DNA from: an uncultured Thermoleophilia bacterium
Lineage (GTDB): Bacteria > Actinomycetota > Thermoleophilia > UBA2241
Direction of reading: 5' to 3'
DNA length: 64,000 nt
Assembly (NCBI GenBank): GCA_964533575.1
Contig: CAZHMG010000006.1
Span: 51 to 64,050 of the forward strand
In this document: piece by piece, positions 17,735-26,027 of the stretch
Layout: every line of letters starts with the position of its first letter
Position numbering within the stretch: position 1 is the first letter of the stretch
Program-made: the position numbers and the translations under genes
Notes under the pieces: model-generated
What the model was told of the DNA's origin: nothing
What the model saw: the letters and a program-made list of their open reading frames with translations, nothing else
The model's database searches: none

Positions 17735-20165
17735 AGCCGTTCTCTCCCGTTCGGCCCAGGCCGCACGCCAGGTGGCCTGCAGGGGCGCCGATAAGATCCA
17801 TCTCGCGGTCGATCATCTCTCCGGAGGGGGCTCCTCCCGCTGCTCGGGCGTGGAACATCCGTATCTGCCGCCCGACGTTCTGGCGGTCCACAGCGCAGAG
17901 GTGCCAGAGTTCGAGCGGCAGCGGCGTTCCGGACGCCTGGAGGAGCTCGTCGGCCACGGCCAGCTGCTCTGCCGCGCTGACGTCGCCGCTGCGGTACTGG
18001 CAGCGGCCCGAAGCGCAGCCGGCAAGGAAGACGCCGGCGGCGCCCAAACGAGCTGCTTCAACGATGTGCAGGGCGCTCACGCGTCCGAGGCACGGCAGCT
18101 CGACGAGGCGCACGGACTCAGGGTAGCGATCGCGGCGCTGGCCGCTCAGCCCGATCGCCGCGCCTGCACACTCTCTGCAGTAGAAGCCCACGACCGGCTT
18201 CTCGACGCCCTCCATGACGAGCGCGAGCCGCCCGAAGAGAGAATCGTCACTGAGATTGTGGGTGATGGCCATCTCGGGACAGTTCGCGACACAGATGCCG
18301 CATGCCCTGCATGTCTCCGGGTCGATGACGGCCAGCTTCGCGTCGTCTTTGGCGGTGGCCGGACGTGGCACACCTGCCCGCCGATCGACCAGAGTGATCG
18401 CTCCGAATGGGCAGCGTGTGACGCAGGTGTCGCAGCCGATACAGCGCTCCGCCTCCACGGATGACGCGGCGGTGCCTCTTCGTCCGGCGGAGGTCAGGAA
18501 GTTGTGTATCTCTGTAGCGACCGCCGAGGCCTCTGTGTTGACCTCGATGAGGGCTTTCGGCCCTGCCGCGGACCCGCAGACGAAGATGCCCTCGCTGCTG
18601 GTCTCGGTCGCCCGGTTCTTGCGGTCAAGGATTTCGATGAACCCATCCGCGTCAAGCGCGACGCCGAGTGTCTGCGCGACTTCTGGGGCATCAGACGTCG
18701 GGACCATCCCAGTGCTCAGCACGACCAGATCGGGCCGAAGTACGCGTTTCCGCGCGGCTGTCACGTCCTCCACTTCGATGACAGGCCGTCCGCTTGCGTC
18801 GAACTGGACCTCCGGCGGGGTGCCGCGGAGGAACTCCACTCCCGCTTCGCGCGCCGCCAGGAACCAGTTCTCGTAGCCGACGCCCGCCGTCCTCATCTCC
18901 AGGTAACAGATGATGATCCTCATGTCGGGGAAGAGCGCGCGCAGCCGGATGGCGTGCTTGAGAGCGATCATGCAGCACAGGCGAGAACAATGGGGGAGGT
19001 GCCGGCGATCTCGCGATCCAGCGCACTGCACCATGACGAGTTCCTCGACTGGCGTGTGCCCGAGCGAAGCCTGTGCCGCCCAGTCATCCATGCGCTCGGC
19101 CAGCTCGACCTGCGTGATGACACCTTCATGGCCATAGCCCAGATACGAGAAGTATTCCTCAGGGGCGGGGCGACAGCCAGTTGCCGCAAGGATGGCTCCC
19201 GCGTTGACAGTCGCGCGTTCCGGAGACTGTGAGAAGTGGATGGCGTCGACCGGACAGGCGTCCGCGCAGGCGCCGCAGAAGGTGCATGTGTCCAGGTCGA
19301 TCGTGCGCAGGACGCGGCCGTCGTAGAACTCGCTGAAGATCGTCTTCGTGCCCGGTTCCGAGGAGTCCGCCGGGCAGACCGTCTCGCAGATGCCGCAGTT
19401 CACACACGCGTCCGTGACGATGTTGGGGAGGCGCTTGATGTTCACTTGGTAGTCTCCCGGATGACCGGTCACCGACTCGACAGTGGCACGGCGATGAATC
19501 CTCAGGTTCGGATGGTCAATAGCCACGTTGCGGTGAAAGCACTTCCGGGTTCCTGCCTGGGCATCGGTGGTTGGAAGACACTGGCCGCAGTCGTTCGTGG
19601 GGAAGACCGTGCCGATGCGGGCGGCTCGGCCGCCGAGGAAGGGCCGCCGCTCGACCAGCTCCACGAGATGACCCATCTGGGCGAGTTCGGCGGCGGCCTG
19701 CGTTCCGGCGACGCCGCCGCCGATGACGACGACCGTGTTCTCGCGCTTGGCGTGGCTCATCATGTTTGATTGAGGGGCGGGATACGCTATGGCGGAGGCG
19801 ATGATGCGTTGCGCCTTTTCCGTGACCGTCGGCACATCATCGCCGTGCACCCAGCTGCAGCCCTCGCGAATATCGGCTATCTCGAGGGCGAGGCCGCGCA
19901 CGAACAGCTTGTGGAGCCGCCGCTCGGCAAAATCCTCCGAGCAGCCCGCGAAGACGAGGCGGCTCGCCTCTCCGCCTTGTTCCATCAGCTCCAGCAGCTG
20001 CGCCTGCCCCTCGCGACTGCACCAGTGGCGCCCGCGGACGACGTCTGCCGTCAGGCTTGCCTCGGCCGTGACCCGGTCAAAGTCGATGTTGGCCATCGTC
20101 CCCGCGCATTCGCACAGGAGCAGGAGCGGCCGCTCGCGACCTGTCTCCGCCGGCGGGGTGATCAC
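17718..20165 (-). CDS. hdrA: Heterodisulfide reductase subunit A family protein
   Basis: LCECAG, VIGGGVAG, TVFPTNDCGQC, QCAGSRD..HCSRLCCMIALKH, and four CxxCxxCxxxCP motifs. The C-terminal MvhD-like segment has FYCREC..LVELPCLGRV. Confidence 0.9.
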   Translation of the reverse strand: MITPPAETGRERPLLLLCECAGTMANIDFDRVTAEASLTADVVRGRHWCSREGQAQLLELMEQGGEASRLVFAGCSEDFAERRLHKLFVRGLALEIADIREGCSWVHGDDVPTVTEKAQRIIASAIAYPAPQSNMMSHAKRENTVVVIGGGVAGTQAAAELAQMGHLVELVERRPFLGGRAARIGTVFPTNDCGQCLPTTDAQAGTRKCFHRNVAIDHPNLRIHRRATVESVTGHPGDYQVNIKRLPNIVTDACVNCGICETVCPADSSEPGTKTIFSEFYDGRVLRTIDLDTCTFCGACADACPVDAIHFSQSPERATVNAGAILAATGCRPAPEEYFSYLGYGHEGVITQVELAERMDDWAAQASLGHTPVEELVMVQCAGSRDRRHLPHCSRLCCMIALKHAIRLRALFPDMRIIICYLEMRTAGVGYENWFLAAREAGVEFLRGTPPEVQFDASGRPVIEVEDVTAARKRVLRPDLVVLSTGMVPTSDAPEVAQTLGVALDADGFIEILDRKNRATETSSEGIFVCGSAAGPKALIEVNTEASAVATEIHNFLTSAGRRGTAASSVEAERCIGCDTCVTRCPFGAITLVDRRAGVPRPATAKDDAKLAVIDPETCRACGICVANCPEMAITHNLSDDSLFGRLALVMEGVEKPVVGFYCRECAGAAIGLSGQRRDRYPESVRLVELPCLGRVSALHIVEAARLGAAGVFLAGCASGRCQYRSGDVSAAEQLAVADELLQASGTPLPLELWHLCAVDRQNVGRQIRMFHARAAGGAPSGEMIDREMDLIGAPAGHLACGLGRTGENGCGDQR

Positions 20166-20593
20166 AGGCCTGCGGCCTCAGGTGTCGCACGTGCGTCTTC
20201 TGTGCGCGGTGGACGTCCTTCGATCGCTTGTACCGGGCAGCCACGAACGCATGTGCCACAACCGAGGCACAGGTCGGGAGAGTAGACAATGGTTCGATAC
20301 ACCGTGACGCGCGGCGGAACCTGAACCGGCCCGTCCGGCGCCTGGCGCATGAGGCGCCGAAGCGCGTCGCCGAGAGCGCCACGGCGACTTTCCGGCGGCG
20401 CCTCGAGCAACTGCATCACGTCGAAGGTGTCCCCTCGTCTTGATGCGCCCGATGGACAGTTCACGGCACACCGGCCGCAGCCCACGCAGAGTTTCTCGTG
20501 CCGGACGATCTCACAGCCGATCCCAGAGGTACCCGATGCCAGGTGACCCGGCAGGCGGGACACGATGGCGCGTCCGCGGTCGTTCAGCGGCAC
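20162..20593 (-). CDS. 4Fe-4S dicluster ferredoxin-like protein
   Basis: CVGCGRCAVNCP and CLGCGTCVRGCP. Start placed at GTG 20593 after GGAGTGAGG. Confidence 0.75.
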   Translation of the reverse strand: MPLNDRGRAIVSRLPGHLASGTSGIGCEIVRHEKLCVGCGRCAVNCPSGASRRGDTFDVMQLLEAPPESRRGALGDALRRLMRQAPDGPVQVPPRVTVYRTIVYSPDLCLGCGTCVRGCPVQAIEGRPPRTEDARATPEAAGL

Positions 20594-21048
20594 GACTCGG
20601 CCCTCACTCCGCCGGCCGCGACTGCCACTTCGGGACGCATCGCGGCTGAGTCCGCCCGCTTCAGGGGCGGCAAAGCCTGGATGGTCCGGTCCATCTCCTT
20701 CACCGCCGCGACAAACCGTGGCGGCTCCCCGGCGCTCATGGTGAACATTCGGCATCGTTCCGGCTCGACCCCCACGCTGGTCAGCAGCCGCTGCACGAAC
20801 TTGACCCGGTCAATGGCGTTGAAGTTGCCTTCGCGGTAGTGGCACTGCCCCTCGAGACAGCCCGCCACCATGACGCCGTCCGCGTTCTCGGCCAGCGCCG
20901 CCAGAATATGCATTGGACTTACGCGCCCCGTGCAGGGCATGAGCACGAGGCGCACACTCGGGGGGAGAGAAGTCCGCGAGTTGGCGCTGGCATCGGCCGC
21001 CGCGTAGGCGCACTCGCGGCAGCAGAAGGCGACGATGGAGCGGTCCAT
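20584..21048 (-). CDS. mvhD: MvhD/FlpD-family [2Fe-2S] subunit
   Basis: IVAFCCRECAYAAAD, MPCTGRV, ADGVMVAGC..GQCHY..GN, MSAGE. TGATG overlap at 21048. Confidence 0.9.
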   Translation of the reverse strand: MDRSIVAFCCRECAYAAADASANSRTSLPPSVRLVLMPCTGRVSPMHILAALAENADGVMVAGCLEGQCHYREGNFNAIDRVKFVQRLLTSVGVEPERCRMFTMSAGEPPRFVAAVKEMDRTIQALPPLKRADSAAMRPEVAVAAGGVRAESCR

Positions 21049-24000
21049 CAGACGGTCGCTTCCGCCAGCACTTCGGCGTCGCTGAAGCCGCCCAGTTGCA
21101 TCGCGCCAGTCGGGCATTCAGCCGAACAGATGCCGCAGCCGCGACAGATGTTCGGATTGACGACGGCATGGCTCGCCGCCCCCGCCGTCAGCGTGATGGC
21201 CATCTGCGGACACGAGGTTTCACACACGCCGCAGCCGATGCACACGGTGGGATCGCTTGCCGCCACCTGCGCTGCGGTGAGGGTGAATCCCGATGAGAGC
21301 ATGGAGATGGCGCGTGCCGCCGCCGCTTTCGCTTGCGCGATCGATTCGGGAATCGTCTTCGGGCCCTGTGCCGTTCCGGCCACGAACATCCCGCTACGTT
21401 GCGTGTCGACCGGACGCAGCTTCGGGTGGTACTCGCGGATGAACCCCGCGGAGGCGGTCTGGAGTCCGGCGACGTGAGCGATATCGCGCGTGCCCTGCGA
21501 CGCCTCAAGGCCGGCCGAAAGTACGACCAGGTCGAACAGCTCCTCCTGCTTGCGACCGGTCATGGTGTCTTCGAGCCGCACGCGCAGGCTGCCGTCCGGC
21601 TCCTCCAGGATCTCGCCGACCCGGCCGCGCACGTAGCGCACCCCGCGCCCCTGCACGAGGCGGTAGTACTCCTCGTGGGCCTTGCCCGGGGCACGAAGAT
21701 CCGTGTAGGCGATGGTGACCTCGGCCTGCGGGTCGTGCTGGCGTATGAGTGATGCGTGGAGGGTGGCAAACAGACAGCAGACCGCAGAGCAGTGCTCATT
21801 GCCCGTGGCGGTGCAGTCGCGCGAGCCGACGCACTGGAGCATGAAGATCTTCTTGGGACGGGCTCCGTCTGAGGGGCGCACGAGCTCGCCTGCGGTCGGC
21901 CCCGAGGCCGCGAGCAGCCGTGCGACCTGGCTCTGTGTGAGCACATTGCGATAGCGGTCGTAGCCCAGCGGCTCCTTGCGGCTCGCATCGAACTCCTGGT
22001 GGCCCGTCGCCAGGATGACCGCGCCGACGGTGAGCTCCTCGCTCGTCTCCTGCTGCTCCCAATCGATTGCGCCGGACGGGCATGCTCTGACGCAGGAGTC
22101 GCACTCGCTGCAGATGGCGCAGTTGAGACATCGCTCGGCCTCCGCCACGGCTTGCTCGGCAGTGTAGCCCAGGCTCACCTCGCCCCAGTGATCACGACGG
22201 GCCAGGCCGTCGGCGAGGGCCATCGGTACACGCTGGCCGATCTCGATGGCCGCGAGCTCGGCGCCAGTCGGCCGTGCGGCTTCGCGCTCCACCGGCCAGA
22301 CCGGCAGGAGCCGCCCCCCGCGCAGATGATTATGAATGGCGGCGGCCCCCCGGCGTCCGGCGGCCACCGCTTCGATCGCCGTGTAGTAGCCGAGGGCGGC
22401 CGCATCGCCTCCGGCGAAGACGCCTTCGCGGCTCGTCATCATCGTCTCTCTGTCAATGAGGATCTGGCCGTTCTCCACGCGCAGCCCCTCACAGCCGTGG
22501 ACAAAGTCGTCCACGAGGGCCTGACCCACCGCGAAGATCACCATGTCGGCGGCGAGCTCGAAGTCGGAGCCCTCAACCGGGACGGGCTGGCGGCGGCCTG
22601 AGGCGTCAGGTCGTCCCAGCTCGCATCTCTGCAGCGCCAAGCCCGCAACCCGGTCGTCGCGCTTCGTGATCTCGAGGGGCTGCACGAGAAACTCCACTTT
22701 CAGCCCCTCCTCGCGGGCCTCGTGGACCTCGCCTGCGTTGGCCGGCATCTCAACTCTGCCGCGGCGATAGGTCAACGTGACGTTGGGCTCAAAGCCCGCC
22801 TGACGCTGCAGGCGGATGGCGCTGCGAGCCGCATCGAGCGCGACGTCGCCTCCGCCCACAACGACGACACACTCCCCGACCTCCGGAGTGGCTCCGAGGT
22901 TGAGCGCTCGCAGGAACTCCACCGCTCGCGTCACGCCGCGCAGGTCGTCGCCCGGCAGGCTGACGGAGGCGCTCTGCTGGAGACCCGTCGCAAGGTACGC
23001 GGCGCCGAAGCCGTCGTTGAGCAATCCGTCAATGGAGAAGTCCACGCCGGCGCGCTGGTTGAGCCTGAGTTCGACGCCGAGAGCGAGGATCTGGTCGATC
23101 TCGCGCTGGATGACTTGGTGCGGAAGACGATAATCGGGGATGCCGGTGCGCAGCATGCCTCCGGCTACCGGCTGCGCTTCGAAGACGGTGGCCCGATAGC
23201 CGAGGTGCGCGAGATCGCGGGCGCAGGTGAGGCCGGCGGGGCCGGCTCCGATGATGGCCACGCGTTCCGTGTGCACTGTCTGCGCCGGCTGGACCGGCAC
23301 CCCTGGCCCAACCGTGTCGGCGACGAACCGCTTGAGCGCGGCGATCGCGATCGGCGCGTCCACTGAGCCGCGAGCACAGGCTGTTTCACAGAGGTGGGTG
23401 CAGATGCGCCCGCAGACACTGCTGAACGGGTTGGGCTCGCTCGCGACCCGGTAGGCGTCCTCGAATCGTCCCGCCGCGACCAGGGCGACATACCCCTGGG
23501 CCGAGGTGTGGACGGCGCACGCGCTCTTGCAGGGACTCCAGCCCTTCTTTTCGATGGCGAACGTAGCGGGTACCGCGCCGGCGAACGGGCGCGAAACCGC
23601 CGTGCGAGTCGCAACGCCGAACTCGAAATCGCTCGGACACTCGACCGGACACACTGCCGCGCACTCGCCGCAGCCGACGCAGGCCTCGGTGACATAGCGC
23701 GGCTTGTGCCGCAGTCTGACGCGGAACTCGCCGGGGGGCCCCGAGATCTCGTCAACCTCGGTCAGCGTGTGCACGTGGATGCGCCCTTCAAGCGCTGTGC
23801 TGGTGAGGCGCGGCGCAAGTGAGCACATGGCGCAGTCTTCGGTTGGGAAGGTCTTGCTGAGGCGCGCCATGTATCCGCCGAGAGACTGCTCGCGCTCGAT
23901 GAGATGCACGTCGATGCCGCTCCCAGCCAGCTCCTCCGCAGCCGTCATACCGGCGATGCCGCCACCCACAACCATTGCCGTCCGATGGAGGAAGGTCCGG

Positions 24001-24404
24001 GTACGGGGCAGATCGTGCTGATGGCGGGCGCGGGCGACGGCGCCGGCGACGATCGTTCGTGCCTTCTCCTGGGCCGCCTCCGGTTCGTCCCGATGGACAA
24101 ATGAGCATCCCTCGCGGATGTTGGCGAACGACACTGCATTCTCACCGAGCTTCAGATCGCGCGCGATGCGTTCGAAAGTGGGTCCCTGAAAGCGCGGCGA
24201 GCAACTCGCGATGACCAGATGATCCAAGCCACGGTCCTCGACCGCGCCGGCGATGAGATCGTGACCCTCGGTTCCGCACATGAACTGGCTGGCCGCTACC
24301 GTGCTCACGCCCTCGAACTGGCGAATGTGCTCGGCGAGGGCGGGCAGATCGATGACGCCGCTGATGTTGCCCCCACACTGGCAGAGGAAGACCCCCGCCC
24401 TCAT
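21048..24404 (-). CDS. HdrL-type protein: HdrA with an inserted GltD/NfnB-like NAD(P)H oxidoreductase module
   Basis: HdrA N-terminus (GVFLCQCGGNI, VGGGIAG, SKTFPTEDCAMC). Insert: PCKSAC..NPFSSVCGRICTHLCETAC, IIGAGPAG, VGGGDVALD, YRR. Then HdrA C-terminus (QCVGSRD, CSAVCC, two terminal ferredoxin motifs). Confidence 0.88.
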   Translation of the reverse strand: MRAGVFLCQCGGNISGVIDLPALAEHIRQFEGVSTVAASQFMCGTEGHDLIAGAVEDRGLDHLVIASCSPRFQGPTFERIARDLKLGENAVSFANIREGCSFVHRDEPEAAQEKARTIVAGAVARARHQHDLPRTRTFLHRTAMVVGGGIAGMTAAEELAGSGIDVHLIEREQSLGGYMARLSKTFPTEDCAMCSLAPRLTSTALEGRIHVHTLTEVDEISGPPGEFRVRLRHKPRYVTEACVGCGECAAVCPVECPSDFEFGVATRTAVSRPFAGAVPATFAIEKKGWSPCKSACAVHTSAQGYVALVAAGRFEDAYRVASEPNPFSSVCGRICTHLCETACARGSVDAPIAIAALKRFVADTVGPGVPVQPAQTVHTERVAIIGAGPAGLTCARDLAHLGYRATVFEAQPVAGGMLRTGIPDYRLPHQVIQREIDQILALGVELRLNQRAGVDFSIDGLLNDGFGAAYLATGLQQSASVSLPGDDLRGVTRAVEFLRALNLGATPEVGECVVVVGGGDVALDAARSAIRLQRQAGFEPNVTLTYRRGRVEMPANAGEVHEAREEGLKVEFLVQPLEITKRDDRVAGLALQRCELGRPDASGRRQPVPVEGSDFELAADMVIFAVGQALVDDFVHGCEGLRVENGQILIDRETMMTSREGVFAGGDAAALGYYTAIEAVAAGRRGAAAIHNHLRGGRLLPVWPVEREAARPTGAELAAIEIGQRVPMALADGLARRDHWGEVSLGYTAEQAVAEAERCLNCAICSECDSCVRACPSGAIDWEQQETSEELTVGAVILATGHQEFDASRKEPLGYDRYRNVLTQSQVARLLAASGPTAGELVRPSDGARPKKIFMLQCVGSRDCTATGNEHCSAVCCLFATLHASLIRQHDPQAEVTIAYTDLRAPGKAHEEYYRLVQGRGVRYVRGRVGEILEEPDGSLRVRLEDTMTGRKQEELFDLVVLSAGLEASQGTRDIAHVAGLQTASAGFIREYHPKLRPVDTQRSGMFVAGTAQGPKTIPESIAQAKAAAARAISMLSSGFTLTAAQVAASDPTVCIGCGVCETSCPQMAITLTAGAASHAVVNPNICRGCGICSAECPTGAMQLGGFSDAEVLAEATV

Positions 24405-25366
24405 CGGGCGCCTGCCGTCCGCCGGGCTCCGATGCGCTCGAGGAAGGGCTCGACGTCCTGGGAATGCGATTGGACGCCGACGTCCTTCTCCGGGTCTGCC
24501 CCAAGAGCCAGGGCGAGAAGCTGCTGAACGTGAAGGTGAACGAACGGGTACTCCTCGCCACTCGAGGCGGAGATCATGTCATGGTAGCGGTCGAACTGAA
24601 CATGACAGTTCGGACACATGTGAACGAGCACGTCGACATTCTCCTGTGCGAGCCGGCGCAGCTTCTGCTGGGTCACCGCCATCGAGATGGACGGATTGAC
24701 GAAGCGGTTGCGGAAGCCGGCGCCACAGTGAAGGGTCTTTTCGTTGTAGTTGCCGGTGGGGGTGACCCCGGCAGGCATGAGCAGCTCCTCGGGCACCATG
24801 AAGTTCTCGTTGCTCCCCAGTGCGTCCTCCGGAAAGACCTTGCAGTAGTGGCAGGCGGGGTGCGTCGCGACCCTGACTCCGTCGAGCCGGCGACGGACGA
24901 GTTGCGGAATCGAGTCGTGGGCTCCCCAGAGGATGTCCAAGGTGTGCTTGTGCGCGACCTTGTCGGCGATCTCGTCGTCGTACTGCCGCCCGACCTTCTC
25001 CAGAACCTCGTTGGCGTCGTTGCGGTACTGGTCCACGTCGAGGATGGCTTCTGCCTTCTTGTTGATCGCATAACAGGTGGAGCAGAGGTAGCACATGGTG
25101 GGGTGCTCGTTCTCCACTGCGACGCATGCGTTGCGGGCGGCAAGTGCCACGGTCGTCTCGATGGGCATGAGATCAGAGTAGTACCCGAGACCGGTGCAGC
25201 ACGTCTGCTCCGGATGAATCGTGAATTCGATGTCAAAGCGCTCAAAGAGCCATTTGGTGGCAGCTTCGACTCCAGGATACTCAGCGGAAACGAGGCAACT
25301 GCGGAAGAGGAGGACACCGCCGTCCGTGCGAGGGACGTCGGGAGTCTTGCGGTAACGTTTGGTCAT
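24401..25366 (-). CDS. hdrB: Heterodisulfide reductase subunit B (two CCG domains)
   Basis: FRSC..QTCCTG..LCSTC and HPACH..LHCGAG..MCPNCHVQFD, QLLALALG. Confidence 0.88.
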   Translation of the reverse strand: MTKRYRKTPDVPRTDGGVLLFRSCLVSAEYPGVEAATKWLFERFDIEFTIHPEQTCCTGLGYYSDLMPIETTVALAARNACVAVENEHPTMCYLCSTCYAINKKAEAILDVDQYRNDANEVLEKVGRQYDDEIADKVAHKHTLDILWGAHDSIPQLVRRRLDGVRVATHPACHYCKVFPEDALGSNENFMVPEELLMPAGVTPTGNYNEKTLHCGAGFRNRFVNPSISMAVTQQKLRRLAQENVDVLVHMCPNCHVQFDRYHDMISASSGEEYPFVHLHVQQLLALALGADPEKDVGVQSHSQDVEPFLERIGARRTAGAR

Positions 25367-25398
25367 CTCTTCCCTTCGATCATCGGCTCACTGTGTGC

Positions 25399-25427
25399 AT
25401 TATCCATAAGGTAAGCTACTTCCGCAA
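25399..25427 (-). promoter_or_regulatory. Putative sigma70/sigmaA promoter of the hdr operon
   Basis: Minus strand TTGCGG-17 nt-GATAAT, about 35 nt upstream of the hdrB ATG. Confidence 0.5.
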
Positions 25428-25571
25428 ATAAGACTCTGTGATTGCGGTGGACACTCGGATAAGTCTTGAGAGGAGCGCCGGCGGTTTGCGGAAACGGAGC
25501 CGTGGGTACACACACGCATTCCGTCGCTCATGCTCGCTTCGAGCCGTGGCCCCCGCCTGACAGGAGGACGT

Positions 25572-25820
25572 ATGGGCCGGATCCATCCGTTGAGTCGTCC
25601 TGCTTCCGCGGAGGAGGGTTCCACGACGCCTTCTTCCACATCCCCAGTTCTTCGCGATGTTTCCGCCGCGCCCTTCAGCACATGCAGCCTGTGCGGCGCG
25701 ACGCTCACACTGGAGACATTGCGATATCAGGTTGTATCTCCGCTTTCCGGCGAGGGACCGCTCACCGTCTGTCGCACATGCCGGCGGGCAGCCTTGGGTG
25801 AGGGGTACAGGCCGGCGTAA
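25572..25820 (+). CDS. Small (82 aa) CxxC...CxxC zinc-ribbon-like protein
   Basis: AGGAGG RBS before ATG 25572. TCSLCG and VCRTCR motifs. Confidence 0.6.
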   Translation: MGRIHPLSRPASAEEGSTTPSSTSPVLRDVSAAPFSTCSLCGATLTLETLRYQVVSPLSGEGPLTVCRTCRRAALGEGYRPA

Positions 25821-26027
25821 CAGTTCGCTGCAACTCGGTTATAGCGCGAGCCCCTCGCCAGAGTGGCGGCACGCAGGTGGGCGGCGTCTCACACCGTTCT
25901 TGCTTGATTCCGCCTGGCAGCGCACCGTCTGCTAGAATCTGGCAGCGCCCTGCTTCCGCATCGCTCGTCGCGAGCGCCTGACGTTCGCTTCCAGCCGTCG
26001 TAACCCGGTCTACTCGGAGGGCCTGCC

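Noticed and set aside
17718-24404. Selenocysteine in HdrA, HdrL or MvhD
   Set aside because: All frames are uninterrupted, and the positions that often carry Sec are Cys.
15855-25366. Evidence of methanogenesis or a hydrogenase
   Set aside because: No mcr, mtr or [NiFe]/[FeFe] catalytic subunits are present. Hdr and MvhD modules are widespread in anaerobic bacteria.
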